From assembly GCF_026210795.1 (NCBI RefSeq), contig NC_089430.1:5208001-5272000 (forward strand): a stretch of 64,000 nucleotides of DNA, in the 5' to 3' direction. Made by a program: the position numbers and the translations under genes. Every line of letters starts with the position of its first letter. The stretch's first letter is position 1. Of the stretch, positions 26,901 through 39,917 are shown in pieces. A model generated the notes under the pieces. It was not told where the DNA came from, made no database searches, and saw nothing but the letters and a program-made list of their open reading frames with translations. Origin of the DNA: Rhizophagus irregularis (Eukaryota).

Positions 26901-29900
26901 TGTTACATTTTTTACATTTATTATTCAAAACAACAAAATAATTTTTTGTTCCTGGATCCTGAGTTATTCCATAACATTCGTGATATATTTTAATCTACAA
27001 ACGTAACATCATATTATTAGTAAAAATTACAAATTTAATTGAATAATCTTACTTATTATACCTTATTCATAAATTCTAATGTAAGATTGTTTGAAGTACC
27101 TAAACTTTTCAACTTCACAAACATATTATGATTATCTCTTTCCCAATTTTGATTTACACAATCCCAATATTCCATATTTCCATCAATCCAATTTGCTCTA
27201 TACATTTTACCAAACTCATCTTTTGAAATATATTTAATATCATAAAATCTATCATAAGGTATCCATTCTAATACATTATTTATTTTATAGAATGTATGTG
27301 CTGATAACTGAGTATCTTGAATAAATTTATCAATATCATCATTACCACTAGTCCAATCTATGAATATATGTTGAAAATGAATTATATTACATATATTATT
27401 ACATTTTTTACATTTATTATTCAAAACCATTATATAATTTTTTGTTTCTGGATTCTGAGTCATTCCATAAAATTTATATTCCATTTTAATCTACAAATGT
27501 AATAATATGTTAGAAAAATAAAACTTTAAAATTTTGTTGAGTAATAAACCTATTAGTATGCTACCTTATTTGCAAATTCAAATGTAAGATCATTTGGAAA
27601 ATTTAAAATTTTCAAATTCACAAACATATTAAGATTATCTCTTTTCCAATTTTGACTTACATAATCCCAATATCCCATATTTCCATCACTCCATTTTGCT
27701 CTATACACTTCACCAAACTCATCTTTTGAAATATATTTAATACCATAAAATCTATCATAAGGTATCCATTCTAATGCCATTTCTGCATTACCATGAGCTA
27801 ATAGCTGAGTATCTTGAATAAATTCATCAATATCATCATTACCACTAGTCCAATCCATAAATTTCTGTTGAAAATGAGTTGCATTACATATTTTATTGCA
27901 CTTTTTACATTTACTATTCAAAACCATCATATAATTTTTTGATTCTGGATCCTGAGTTACTCCATAAAGTTTATGGCTAAATTTAACCTACAAATCAAGC
28001 AATATATAAATAAATATTAATTCTTCAAAATTTTAATAAATAACCTATTATACCTTATTTATAAATTCTAATGTATGATTGTTCAGAGTATCTAAACTCT
28101 TCAAATTCACAAATATATTAGGATTGCCTCTTATCCAAAATTGATTTTCATTATCCCAATATTCTATATTTCCATCAATCCAATTTGCACCATACACTTT
28201 ACCAAACTCATTTTTCGCAAAATCATACAATCTATAATAAGGTATCCATTCTAATGCTTCCTCTACATTATTATGAACTGACAGCTGAATATTTTGAATA
28301 AATTTATCAATATTATCATTACCACTAGTCCAATCTATGAATATATGTTGAAATTGAATTGCATTACATATACTGTCACATTTTTTACATTTATTATTCA
28401 AAACCATCATATAATTTTTTGTTTCTGGATCCTGAGTCATTCCGTAAAATTCATATTCAATTTTAATCTAAAAATATAATAATATATTAGAAAAATAAAA
28501 TTTAAAATTTTATTGAGTAATAAGCTTATTGGTATATTATACCTTATTTGCAAATTCTAGTGTAAGACTGTTTGGAGAAATTAAACTTCTCAAATTCACA
28601 AATATATAAAAAATGTTTCTTTCCCAATTTTGATTTTCAATATCCCAATACTTTATATTTCCATCAATCCAATTTGCTCTATATACTTTACCAAACTCAT
28701 CTTTTGAAATATATTTAATATTATACAATCTATCATAAGGTATCCATTCTAATGCCATTTCTGCATTATCATGAGCTGATAGCTGAGTATCTTGAATAAA
28801 TTTATCAATATTATCATTACCACTAGTCCAATTTTCGAAATTTTGTTGAAAACGTATTGCATAACATATACAATTATTACATTTTTTACATTTATTATTC
28901 AAAACCATCATATAATTTTTTGTTTCCGGATCCTGAGTAATTCCATAAAATTTATATTCAATTTTAATCTGCAAATGTAATAATATGTTAGAAAAATAAA
29001 ATTTTAAAATTTTGTTGAGTAACAAGCTTATTGGTACTATATTATACCTTATTTGCAAATTCTAATGTAAGATTATTTGGAGTAATTAAAATTTTCAAAT
29101 TTACAAACATATTAGGATTGTTTCTTTCCCAATTTTGACTTTCATTATCCCAACTTCCATAATAATCTATATTTCCATCAACCCAATTTGCTCTATACAC
29201 TTCACCAAACTCATCTTTTGAAGTATGTTTAATATCATATAATTTATTATAAGGTATCCATTCTAATGCTTCCTCTAAATTATTATGAGCTGATAGCTGA
29301 ATATCTTGAATAAATTTATCAATATTATCATTACCACTAGTCCAATTTTTGAAACTTTGTTGAAAATGCAATACATGACATATGCGATTACATGTTTTAC
29401 ATTTATTATTCAAAACCATTATATAATTTTTTGTTTCTGGATCCTGAGTCATTCCATAAAATTCATATTCAATTTTAATCTACAAATGTAATCATAGGTC
29501 AGAAAAATAAAATTTTAAAATTTTGTTGTGTAATAAGCTTATTAGTATACTACCTTATTTGCAAGTTCAAAAAATGTAAGGTCATTTGGAGTATTTAAAC
29601 TTTTCAAATTCACAAACATACCAAGATTGTATCTTTTCCAATTTTGATTCACATAATCCCAACTTCGAAAATTTGATATATAACCATCAATCCAATTTGC
29701 TCTATACATTTCACCAAACTCATCTTTTGAAATATATTTAATATCATAAAATCTATCATAAGGTATCCATTCTAAAACTCCCCTCAAATCATTATGAGCT
29801 GATAACTGAGTATCTTGAATAAATTTATCAATATCATCATTACCACTAGTCCAATCTATAAATTTCTGTTGAAAATAAATTACATTACATATTTTGTTAC

Positions 29901-32470
29901 ATTTTTTACATTTATTATTCAAAACCATCATATAATTTTTTGTTTCTGGATCCTGAGTCATTCCATAAAATTCATGTTTAACACTGATCTACAAATGTAC
30001 AATATATTAAAAAAAATAAAGTATTTAAAATTATTAATTAAACTTATCATACCTTAGTTACAAGTTCAAAAGTAAGATCATTTGGAGCATTTAATCTTTT
30101 CAAATTCACAAACATATTAGGATTGCTTCTTTCCCAATTTCGATTTACATAATTCCAACTTCGAAAATTCGATATATAACCATCAATCCAATTTGCTCTA
30201 TACACTTCACCAAACTCATCTTTTGAAATGTATTTAATACCATAAAATCTATCATAAGGTATCCATTCTAATACTCCCTTCAATTCATAATGAGATAATA
30301 ACTGGGTATCTTGAATAAATTTATCAATATCATGATTGCTGCTAGTCCATTCATTGAATTTATGTTGAAAATGAATTACATAACATATACTGTCACATTT
30401 TTTACATCTATTATTCAAAACCATCATGTAATTTTTTGTTTCTGGATCCTGAGTTATTCCATAAAATTCATATTCAATTTTAATCTACAAATGTAATAAT
30501 ATGTTAGAAAAACAAAATTTTAAAAGTTGGTTGAGTAATAAGCTTATTAGTATGCTACCTTATTTGCATGTTCAAATGTAAGGTCATTTGGAAAATTTAA
30601 ACTTTTCAAATTCACAAACATATTAAGTTTATCATTTTTCCAATTGTGATTTACATGATTCCAATATCTCAGATTTCCATCAATCCAGTTTGCTCTATAC
30701 ATTTCACTAAACTCATCTTTTGAAATATATTTAATATCATAAAATCTATCATAAGGTATCCATTCTAATACTTCCCTCAAATCATCATGAGCTGATAACT
30801 GAGTATCTCGAATAAATTTATCAATATCATCATTTCCACTAGTCCAATCTATAAATTTCTGTTGAAAATGACACATTTTATTGCACTTTTTACATTTATT
30901 ATTCAAAACCATCATATAATTTTTTGTATCTGGATCCTGAGTCATTCCATAAAATTTATATTCAATTTTAATCTACAAATAAATGTAATAATATGTTAGA
31001 AAAATAAAATTTTAAAAGTTTGGTGAGTAATAAGTTCATTGGTATATTACTTTATTTGCAAGTTCAAATGTAAGATCATTTGGAGAATTTAAACTCTTCA
31101 AATTTACAAACATATCAATATTGGTTCTTATCCAATTTTGATTTAAATTCCAATAACTATAATTTTTATATTCTGTAACATATTTGCTATTTATTTTTAT
31201 TTTTCCATCAATCCAATTTGCTCCATACACTTTACCAAACTTATCTTTTGTAATGCATTCAATATTATGCAGTCTATCATAAGGTATCCATTCTAATGCT
31301 TTATTCACATCATAATGAGCTGATAGCTGAGTATTTTGAATGAATTTATCAATATTATCATTACCACTTGTCCAATCTATAAATTCCTGTTGAAAATGAA
31401 CCACATTACATATTTTGTTGCACTTTTTACATTTATTATTCAAAACTATCATATATTTTTTTTTTTCTGGATCCTGAGTTATTCCATAAAATTCATGTTC
31501 AACCCTAATCTACAAATGTACAAAATGTACAATATATTAAAAAAAAAATAAAATATTTATAATTGTTAATTAAGCTTATCATACCTTATTTGCAAATTCA
31601 AATGTAAGATCATTTGGATTATTTAAACTTTTCAAATTCACAAACATATTAGGATTGTTTCTTTCCCAATTTTGATTTACATAATTCCAACTACGAAAAT
31701 TTGATATATAACCGTTAATCCAATTTGTTCTATACACTTCACCAAACTCATCTTTTGAAATATATCTAATATCATAAAATCCATCATAAGGTATCCATTC
31801 TAATACTCCCCTTACATCATCATCATGAGCTGATAACTGAGTATCTTGAATAAATTTATCGATATCATCATTACCACTAGTCCAATCTATAAATTCCTGT
31901 TGAAAATGAATCACATTACATATTTTATTGCACTTTTTACATTTATTATTCAAAACCATCATATAATTTTTTGTTCCTGGGTCCTGAGTCATTCCATAAA
32001 ATTTGTATTCAATTTTAATCTAAAATGTAATAATATGTTAGAAAAATAAAATTTTGAAATTATGTTAAGCAATAAGCTCGTTAGTATACCTTATTTGCAA
32101 GTTCAAATGTAAGATCATTTGGATTATTTAAACTTTTCAAATTCACAAAAATATTAAAAATGTTTCTTTCCCAATTTTGATTAGCATAATTCCAATATTT
32201 TATATTTCCATCAACCCAATTTGCTCTATACACTTCACCAAACTCGTCTTTTGAAGTATATTTGATATTACAAAATCTATCATAAGGCATCCATTCCAAT
32301 GCTTTATTCATTTCATAATGAGCTGATAGCTGAGTATCTTGAATAAATTTATCAATATTATCATTACCACTAGTCCAATTTTTGAAATTTTGTTGAAAAC
32401 GTATTGCATAACATATACGATTACATTTTTTACATATTTCGTATGGCTTAACTAGCTCAAAAGAATCCAT
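23940..32470 (-). CDS. Multi-module TKL-like protein kinase, gene 2 (about 2461 aa): 15 module exons, kinase C-lobe exon, repeat tail exon
   Basis: Module exons 32470-32090, 32019-31585, 31509-31051, 30972-30559, 30484-30053, 29988-29554, 29479-29048, 28968-28543, 28467-28054, 27987-27565, 27490-27062, 26994-26554, 26489-26058, 25997-25575, 25501-25073; kinase exon 24999-24126; tail exon 24046-23940. Open frame throughout; KGGFA/VALK/HRDLHIGN/DMG/APE. Confidence 0.88.
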
Positions 32471-32479
32471 GAGCAAAAA

Positions 32480-35400
32480 TTTTGCAACCTATAAATAAAT
32501 TCAGTTTTAAGAGGATAATTAAATATAAAATGGCCAAAAAATTTTGTGCAGATTAAAAGTGAAAAAAGTATTGCTTCGTTCCAAGATTATATAAATAGAA
32601 AGCCAAACATGTAACAATCACGTGTAATGCATATCATGTGACTTACATTAAAGAAATCACGTACATCATTGTAATGCCGGCTGGATTTGTTGAATATCAA
32701 TTGAATTATGTATACGGTCTTGAAGAAAGATGTATGGAGCTGGTCCTTCACAAATTCAAGCTCTTCCACAACAAAAAATTATCGAAATAGTTCTTTAGTT
32801 TACGTATTTCCAGCGCAGTAAAAGTAAATACTATTACACAGAATTCTTGGCAAATGACGATTTGCTACTTCAATGCATAATAATTATGTGCTGCAAAGCA
32901 CAACTTTCCGGAATAAGCGCAGCAATTGCACAAGGTTACTGACTCTGTCACACTTTTCATTCGAAAAAATCATTCGTTTATTTTCGGAAGGCTGTTTTTG
33001 TACGTCAAACAATTAACTGCGGAAATGACTATTTTCGTTATATGAGTGGCGAAGTACGTTGTGATAGGATATACAAGTGTAAAGTGTAACCAATCCTTTA
33101 TCGTCAAATAAACAATCAAATATTGATATAGGACCAAAGAAATAAATTTTTAAATAACACCTATTGTATATATTTTAATACCTAGGATCTTTTTCATGAT
33201 AGATGGATACTATATAATATATTAATTATTTTATTAAGATAAAAGTCATTGTTGTTTTTCCAATTTATCCTTTTAAATTTTTCGGTAAAAAAATTGTTTA
33301 ATCGAATACCCGCGTTATTATTATTCACTTGCTTTTTTTTTACTTGAAAAAAAAATTCTTTTTTGTGTTCTTTAATAAAACCCGAAGAAAAAACCTGGTT
33401 TCGTTTATATTTTCCACTTAAGTTTAGGTCACTTTTTCTGGGTCCATGAAACCGTAGTAAAAATATTTAATAAAATAAGTAAGGTCAAAAATTTTAACGG
33501 AAATAGGCTTTTTTCTTCTTACTTATTCTTATCATGTATAAATAATCAATATTATATTTTATTTTAATTTATTTACTTCCCATGATCCCATCCAATGAAA
33601 AAAAAATCTTTTTATTTAAGTACCGTTATGTATACATACCATTTTTATATATTTATACAAGTCTTATTGTAAAGCATGTTTTTGATTAACCAAAATATCG
33701 ACATTTTTTTTTTTCTTTTCCAATGTAGTACAAGAAAATAAATAAAATAGTAGCAAGCAAAAAGGAGAAATTAATAATTGGTTTTTTTATCTCATAGAAA
33801 AAAGAGCGTTGAAAAAGGACTTTCTGAAAAAAAAAAATAGTAACAATTGTAATAGTAATAGTAAATCAATAAAATTCCTAAAAAGGGATGTAATTGATGT
33901 AGCAAAAAAAAATAAAAACTATCCGCCGAATTGCATATCATCAATGAAACATACTGTACTAACAATTATAAGTAATCATTATTATCAAAATTTATAATGA
34001 AGTTGTCAAAAGAACGATGTGGGTAAGTCAAGTGATATATATTTGTGAGACGTACGTGAGAGATTATTTCTTATTATTTATTTGGTGGAGTTATTGTTTC
34101 ACAAAAAAATTGAAAAATTCAAACGCGCGAAAGGCCGGGCGGTTTATTTTTTATTTTAAAATAGTTAATTTTATTTTTCTTTTAGAAAAAAAATTTTTTG
34201 TCAAGGATATAAAAAAAGCAAAAAGATATTCTAATATTCAATTTTTTGAAATTATGATTATATTTCTTTTTTGCGAAATCAATCAGGGACTTAGAGGTTT
34301 TTTTATTTTTCACTACAATTATATGTTTTATACTTTTAGTTTTACGTGTCTCTACCTTTCATTTTTAAAATAAATAAAGTGTATTTTTCCCACAAAAAAA
34401 GAAGAAATTTTGTTTACATTGATTGTCTTTCCTTTTTATTATTATTATTACTATCACTTATTATTATTTTTTAATCTTATTATTATTCATTCATTGGAAA
34501 TAATAATAAAAACAATAATAAAAATAACATTTGATAAATATCATTAGGAAACTTAATATCAACTAACATGAGGAAATCTTAAAATCAAGCGGTCTTTTTT
34601 TTATGAATGACAAATCTTTTAAAAATTTTGTGGTTTAGTTAAGTTAATTTTCGGTGAGAATCGGTTTGCTTTAGTTCGTTTTGGATTATCGAATTTATTT
34701 TGATCTTTTTTTTTTTGATATAAAAAAGAAAATTTTCTTCTTGCATCAGAATTGCCAAAAAATTCAATAGACCAGAGTTTTTAACTTAATTTGTTTTTGT
34801 TCGATAAAAATGATGATAAAGTACATTTTTTATTTTAAAGTTTCGTAATGCGCTTTTAATCATGATAAAGTAACTACGCTAGAAGTCACTGTTTTACAAC
34901 CTGGACCGGTACTATATCAATTTTGTATAAAAACAAAAAAATCGGCCAGCTTAATTTCGGCCAAAATTAAGTCGATTTTGGCCAGAATTACGAAAATCAG
35001 GGTTTAACGAAAAATCATGCGCCGGCCTGGACGAATTTTGAAAGAAAATTTCCGGCCCAAACCGGATCCGGGCCGGGTTTCCGGGTCCCGGGTCCCGTAT
35101 GCAGGCTTCTACCAATCGACCAATTGTTAATCAAATCATGAGAACGTGATTAGCAGTAATTGATTTGAAAAATTTCCATGCGGAAAACAAAAAAGAGATT
35201 GTAAATATTCCTATATTTTCTATTAAAAAAAAAAATTATTGAATTTCTTCATGTAATAACGATAAAATGATTTATTATTTTTTTTAAAAAAAAGGATAAA
35301 AAAAAAATTCGTACAATTTTTTAAGAAATATGTAAAAAAGAATCCAATGAATAATAATAAAATAGTATAAAAAGAAAAACAAATAAGAAAAAATTCCTAT

Positions 35401-35560
35401 ATAAAAGTGCAAAGATCACCAAATTAAAGAAAAGGACGATAAAAAAAAATACATACTGTATGTGTATAAATTAATTGCCTATTATTTTGAACCTCCAAAC
35501 AATGCAATCCTCTCCGCATTATATTTTGTATAAAAAATATAATAGTAAAATATTATTTAT
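32480..35560. repeat. Segmental duplication copy A (upstream of kinase gene 2), paralogous to about 45990-49680
   Basis: Collinear shared blocks, e.g. ctattacacagaattcttggcaaa, gtgagacgtacgtgagagatt, cggtgagaatcggtttg, ttttgaacctccaaa. Boundaries approximate. Confidence 0.85.
34880..35111. mobile_element. hAT-like MITE insertion
   Basis: TAGAAG...CTTCTA ends and a GC-rich ccgg core; absent from the paralogous block near 49190. Confidence 0.55.
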
Positions 35561-38500
35561 GCAAAGTAACTTTTGGAATTTGGATCACTCATTTTTTTTT
35601 ATTAAATATGAACCGCAATAGAAGTATTAACGAAATAGATTGGTTAAAACGTTTCATTTTAACGGAAATAGACTTTTACATTACTCCCACCATAAATTAA
35701 CAATAATTTTAATTTAAGGTAAAGTACATTCAGTTAGTACAAATATTTACGAGAAAAAAAAATTAAATTTTTTTTTTCAAAACCATTTTTAATAAAGTTG
35801 ATAAATTTTGGCAAAAACTAAAAAGTTTTTTTTTTTTGAATTAAACAGCCCAAATATAGTAATAAAAATGTTAAAAATCAAATTCCTGCGAAAAATGATC
35901 AATTGATAATAGTCGATAAAGCAAAAAAAAACTATAATTCGCCGAATTTCATATTATGACTTCAATGATAAATGTATTATCGGAAGTATAAGAAAAGTGA
36001 AACAATTACCGTACTGTAATTTTTTAAAATATAAATATCAAAAGAACAAGTTTCTCAACAAAAAAAAGTTTACTTTTATATGAAATTTTTGCAGGAACCC
36101 AATTATTCGTATTTATCACGTGACAACGATGTTATTTTGACGATCCCAAAAAATTTTCGATTACGTCATAATAACAAATTATAATATTTACTAGTAAACA
36201 GTATCGAAAATTGTCCAAAAAAATTAATCCATGGGGATTTTCAATTTATTATATAATATTCGATGGATTAATTACTTTACAAAATTCTAATATCTGAAAA
36301 TTTTAAATTTTCACATTTACGTATTTTTTTTTAATGGAATAAATTAAATTTTATTCTAACACATGGCTTTGAAACCCTTTATACCAAAGCGAAAAATTAA
36401 GTATATGGCGTAACAAATTCACCATTGACTAATAATATTATTAAGCATTTAAAAATAGCCAAAAGGCTTTATTTGGTTTACTTTGGCAAAGTAAGTGATT
36501 TAAATGCATTACGTGCTTTTTAGAGAAAAAAGGGCTTTTGTAATTCAGTTTCAGAAAATAAGATGATAAATAATGGTATAATAACTCTACAATAAATAGG
36601 TTTATTAAATACACCTTAATACTTGATAGTGAGGGAATGAGACCGTCATAATTAATAAGATCAATACTGCGCCTCATACCTCGGATGACAGTAGTTGTTT
36701 ATCTATCTAGTAATAAGTCAACTATACGTTTTAAAGTCCACTTTTTTAAAATAAACCATTATGAAACATTTTTAGCCAGTTATTTTTCATACAAAGTATA
36801 TGACAATCACGTGAGAGATAGTACGTGTAGTAAATAAACTTTATACAATACTATTGGAATAACATTCTTTAATTCTATAATTTTATAAGTACTACTATAC
36901 AGTAAATTTATTATTTTAATAATTTTAATACAAATTTAGACTTTTATGACATACTTGTATAATTAACTTATTAGAATATTTAATACAGCATGTAATTTAT
37001 TAAATAAATTTATTGTTTTAAAAATACAATAAAATTGAAATTATCAATGAAATTGTTGTCTCTACATTATAGTTTCACGTTATAATGTTATAAAAATTAC
37101 GAATTTTTATCATTTTTATATTACATATTTGTAATTTCACAATTTTTATTTATGTAAAATATTAACATTTTCAAATAATTCGTTATTTTGTTTCAATAGC
37201 AATAATCACGTAATAATCACTTACGCTTATATAAAATTTCAATAATCAAATAATTATAAGAATTCTGGGTCAGGGTTCTCATATTATAAATCCGGGTCGG
37301 ACTGGGTTGGCATAAAATATATTTTTTGAGGCCCGAGCCAGGTTTTAAAATATGGGCAAATGAAGACCTCTACTTCACCGGCAATTATCACCTATTTATT
37401 CGCATAACATTGTAAGAAAAGGGAAAGCTCCTCTATTCCATTAAGAAGTGATTGTCCTATTTATATAAAATTGTCAAGAAATTATTTTTTTGTTCTTTTA
37501 TTTTGTACATCATTTTAATTTCTTATATTGTCACTACTCTAATATTTTTATTAAAGACTTAGCTCTAGTGTCAGTAATCATCTTACCTTAAATATTAACA
37601 CTTGATTTAATTACATCTTATGAAATAAAATTTTATATTCTTACATTGCAGTTGTCATTTTAATATAAAAGTTTTTTGCTATATTTATGAAAATATAAAT
37701 ATGATAATGATTAAAACTTGTTTATATATTAAGAAAAATTAAAAGAATTAAATATAACCGATGTTTATTTTTAAGTTTTTATAATCACCGGTGAAGTTTA
37801 ACGAATTAATCTGGGATAAAATATGGATCAGTTCTGTTGGAATAAAATATAGGAAAATCCGGGATGAAATATGGATTAATCTATTTCATCCCAGATAATT
37901 TTGGGGTTGGGTTTAAATGGAAATATAGATAAATCCGGGTTTGATCTAGGGTTTAAACCCCAGACTTTTGATCAGTATCGCGCGATAATACTACACATTA
38001 TCAAGGTTAGTATTATACTTGAATCTCAAAAAATTTTAATGGGTGTTATCAGTACTTTAGAAATTATGAAGAATCAGATATTTATGACTAAGGCTGTAAA
38101 AATGTAAAAAATAATCAGTGATTTGGTAGATAATATCCATAATATTAAAGTATATAATATACTAAATTTTTTCATCATTCTGTTAATAAGTTAATAAAGA
38201 ATTGGAATTAATATAAATTTTTTGCTTAAAAGAATCAGATACTAATATACTTGATAATACAAAAAGAAATAAAAAATTTTCTATAACTAAAGGAGGTTGT
38301 TTTCATTTATTAAATTTTAATGTTAATAAAAAATTTTTTTAATTTAGATTGTATCTTTCAATACGAAATAACAAAACTCAAAATGAATGAAGCGAAATAC
38401 TTGATGATCCTACAAGAAATCAATTCTAGCGATACTAGTAACTTAGAAATTACTATGACACAAACAATCTGTTAAATAATGGAATTTTTAAAATAGAATA

Positions 38501-38631
38501 ATTAAAATGATTAATATTGCAGATGCCAAAATTCTATTTTTTTTATTACTGTATTTGCTATTATCAATATTGTACGCAAATAAACTACTGACGTTCAATA
38601 TTGTGCAATAATAAGTAATTGATGCAGTATA

Positions 38632-39154
38632 CACAGTGAAATTCGATAAACCGGATATTCGATAAACCGGATTTGGGCCTAAACCGGACTTTTTTGCTGG
38701 AACCAAATCACGTATATTAAAATAGGCTCGATATACCGGAGTTTACTAGTAAAAGCTCGATATTCGCTATAACGGATCAATTTTCTAACCAGCTATAGTA
38801 AAAATGATTCGATAAACCGGATCACGTGACTGGGAACCAATAAAATTTAAGTAACGTGATTCGGTAAATCTTAAATTTGGCCAGAATTATAAAAATCTTA
38901 ATTCCGGCTGAAGTTAAGTATTACTTATATATTCAATTAAAATATTTTATATTCATTTTCATGACCTCTATAACTTAAAACTAGATGAAAAAATCAAATT
39001 ATAGTGTATATTAGTTTTATTAGCATGAAAATTTTTTAAAAATTCAATATAATAGATTTTCAATATATCGAAATTTTTTCGCTAAACCGGATATCCCGAT
39101 AAACCGGATATTTTTAGTGGAACCGATAGATCCGGTTTATCGAATTTCACTGTG
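38632..39154. mobile_element. Tc1/mariner-type MITE
   Basis: Perfect 25-bp TIR cacagtgaaattcgataaaccggat with TA TSD; internal gataaaccgg repeats. Confidence 0.88.
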
Positions 39155-39917
39155 TATTACTTTACATAAAAAATAAAAAATATCAATCAAATAAAATAAG
39201 CATGTTCCTAGGGCATGCAATAATAGATGTAATAGAATATATTGTTTGTTTTGCAATTTTTAAAGCTTCCTAAAAAATATTACCGATCAATGTCAGAATA
39301 TTTGTAACAAAATAGTAAAAACTCTATTAAGCTTGAATCTGAAGGAAGATCACATAACGGATTACCTAATGCAAACAATGCAGAACTTATTATATTAACC
39401 ATAGTAAAGCTAAATCAAGAAGTAATGGTTGTTGATAGTGTTTCAGACAAGTAGTTAAAAATTCTCCAATATCATTGATTTTAATGCGAAAATACTCGCT
39501 ATAAATTGTATATGTTAAATGGTATTGAAGTTGAGATGAAAAGTATACTTCTAATATTATATATTGATTTTATTTAAAAAAAAAGATCGAACAAAAGAGA
39601 AAAAAAACACGCATTAGTTAAATATGATCATTATGACTTAAAATTCTGCTTAACATAATTCATATCCACTTTTCATTATGTAGTAAAAAAAAAATTGCGA
39701 TTCAAATAATTATAGAAATTATAGAAAGCAAAAAAAAATAAATAAATAAATAAATAAAAATTATTCAAATTTAGATCCATCCACCTAGATTTTAAGAAGT
39801 CAATGTTAAGCAGAATTTTAAATTATAACGACAAATTTTTTCTTTGAAAAAAAGAATGATCTATAATTAAATTTGGTATAGCAGCAATAATCTGAATAAA
39901 GATATACAATTATACAT

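Noticed and set aside
25073..32470. CRISPR-like reading of the roughly 500-bp periodic repeats
   Set aside because: The units are protein-coding exons with spliceosomal introns in a eukaryotic context; no cas genes.
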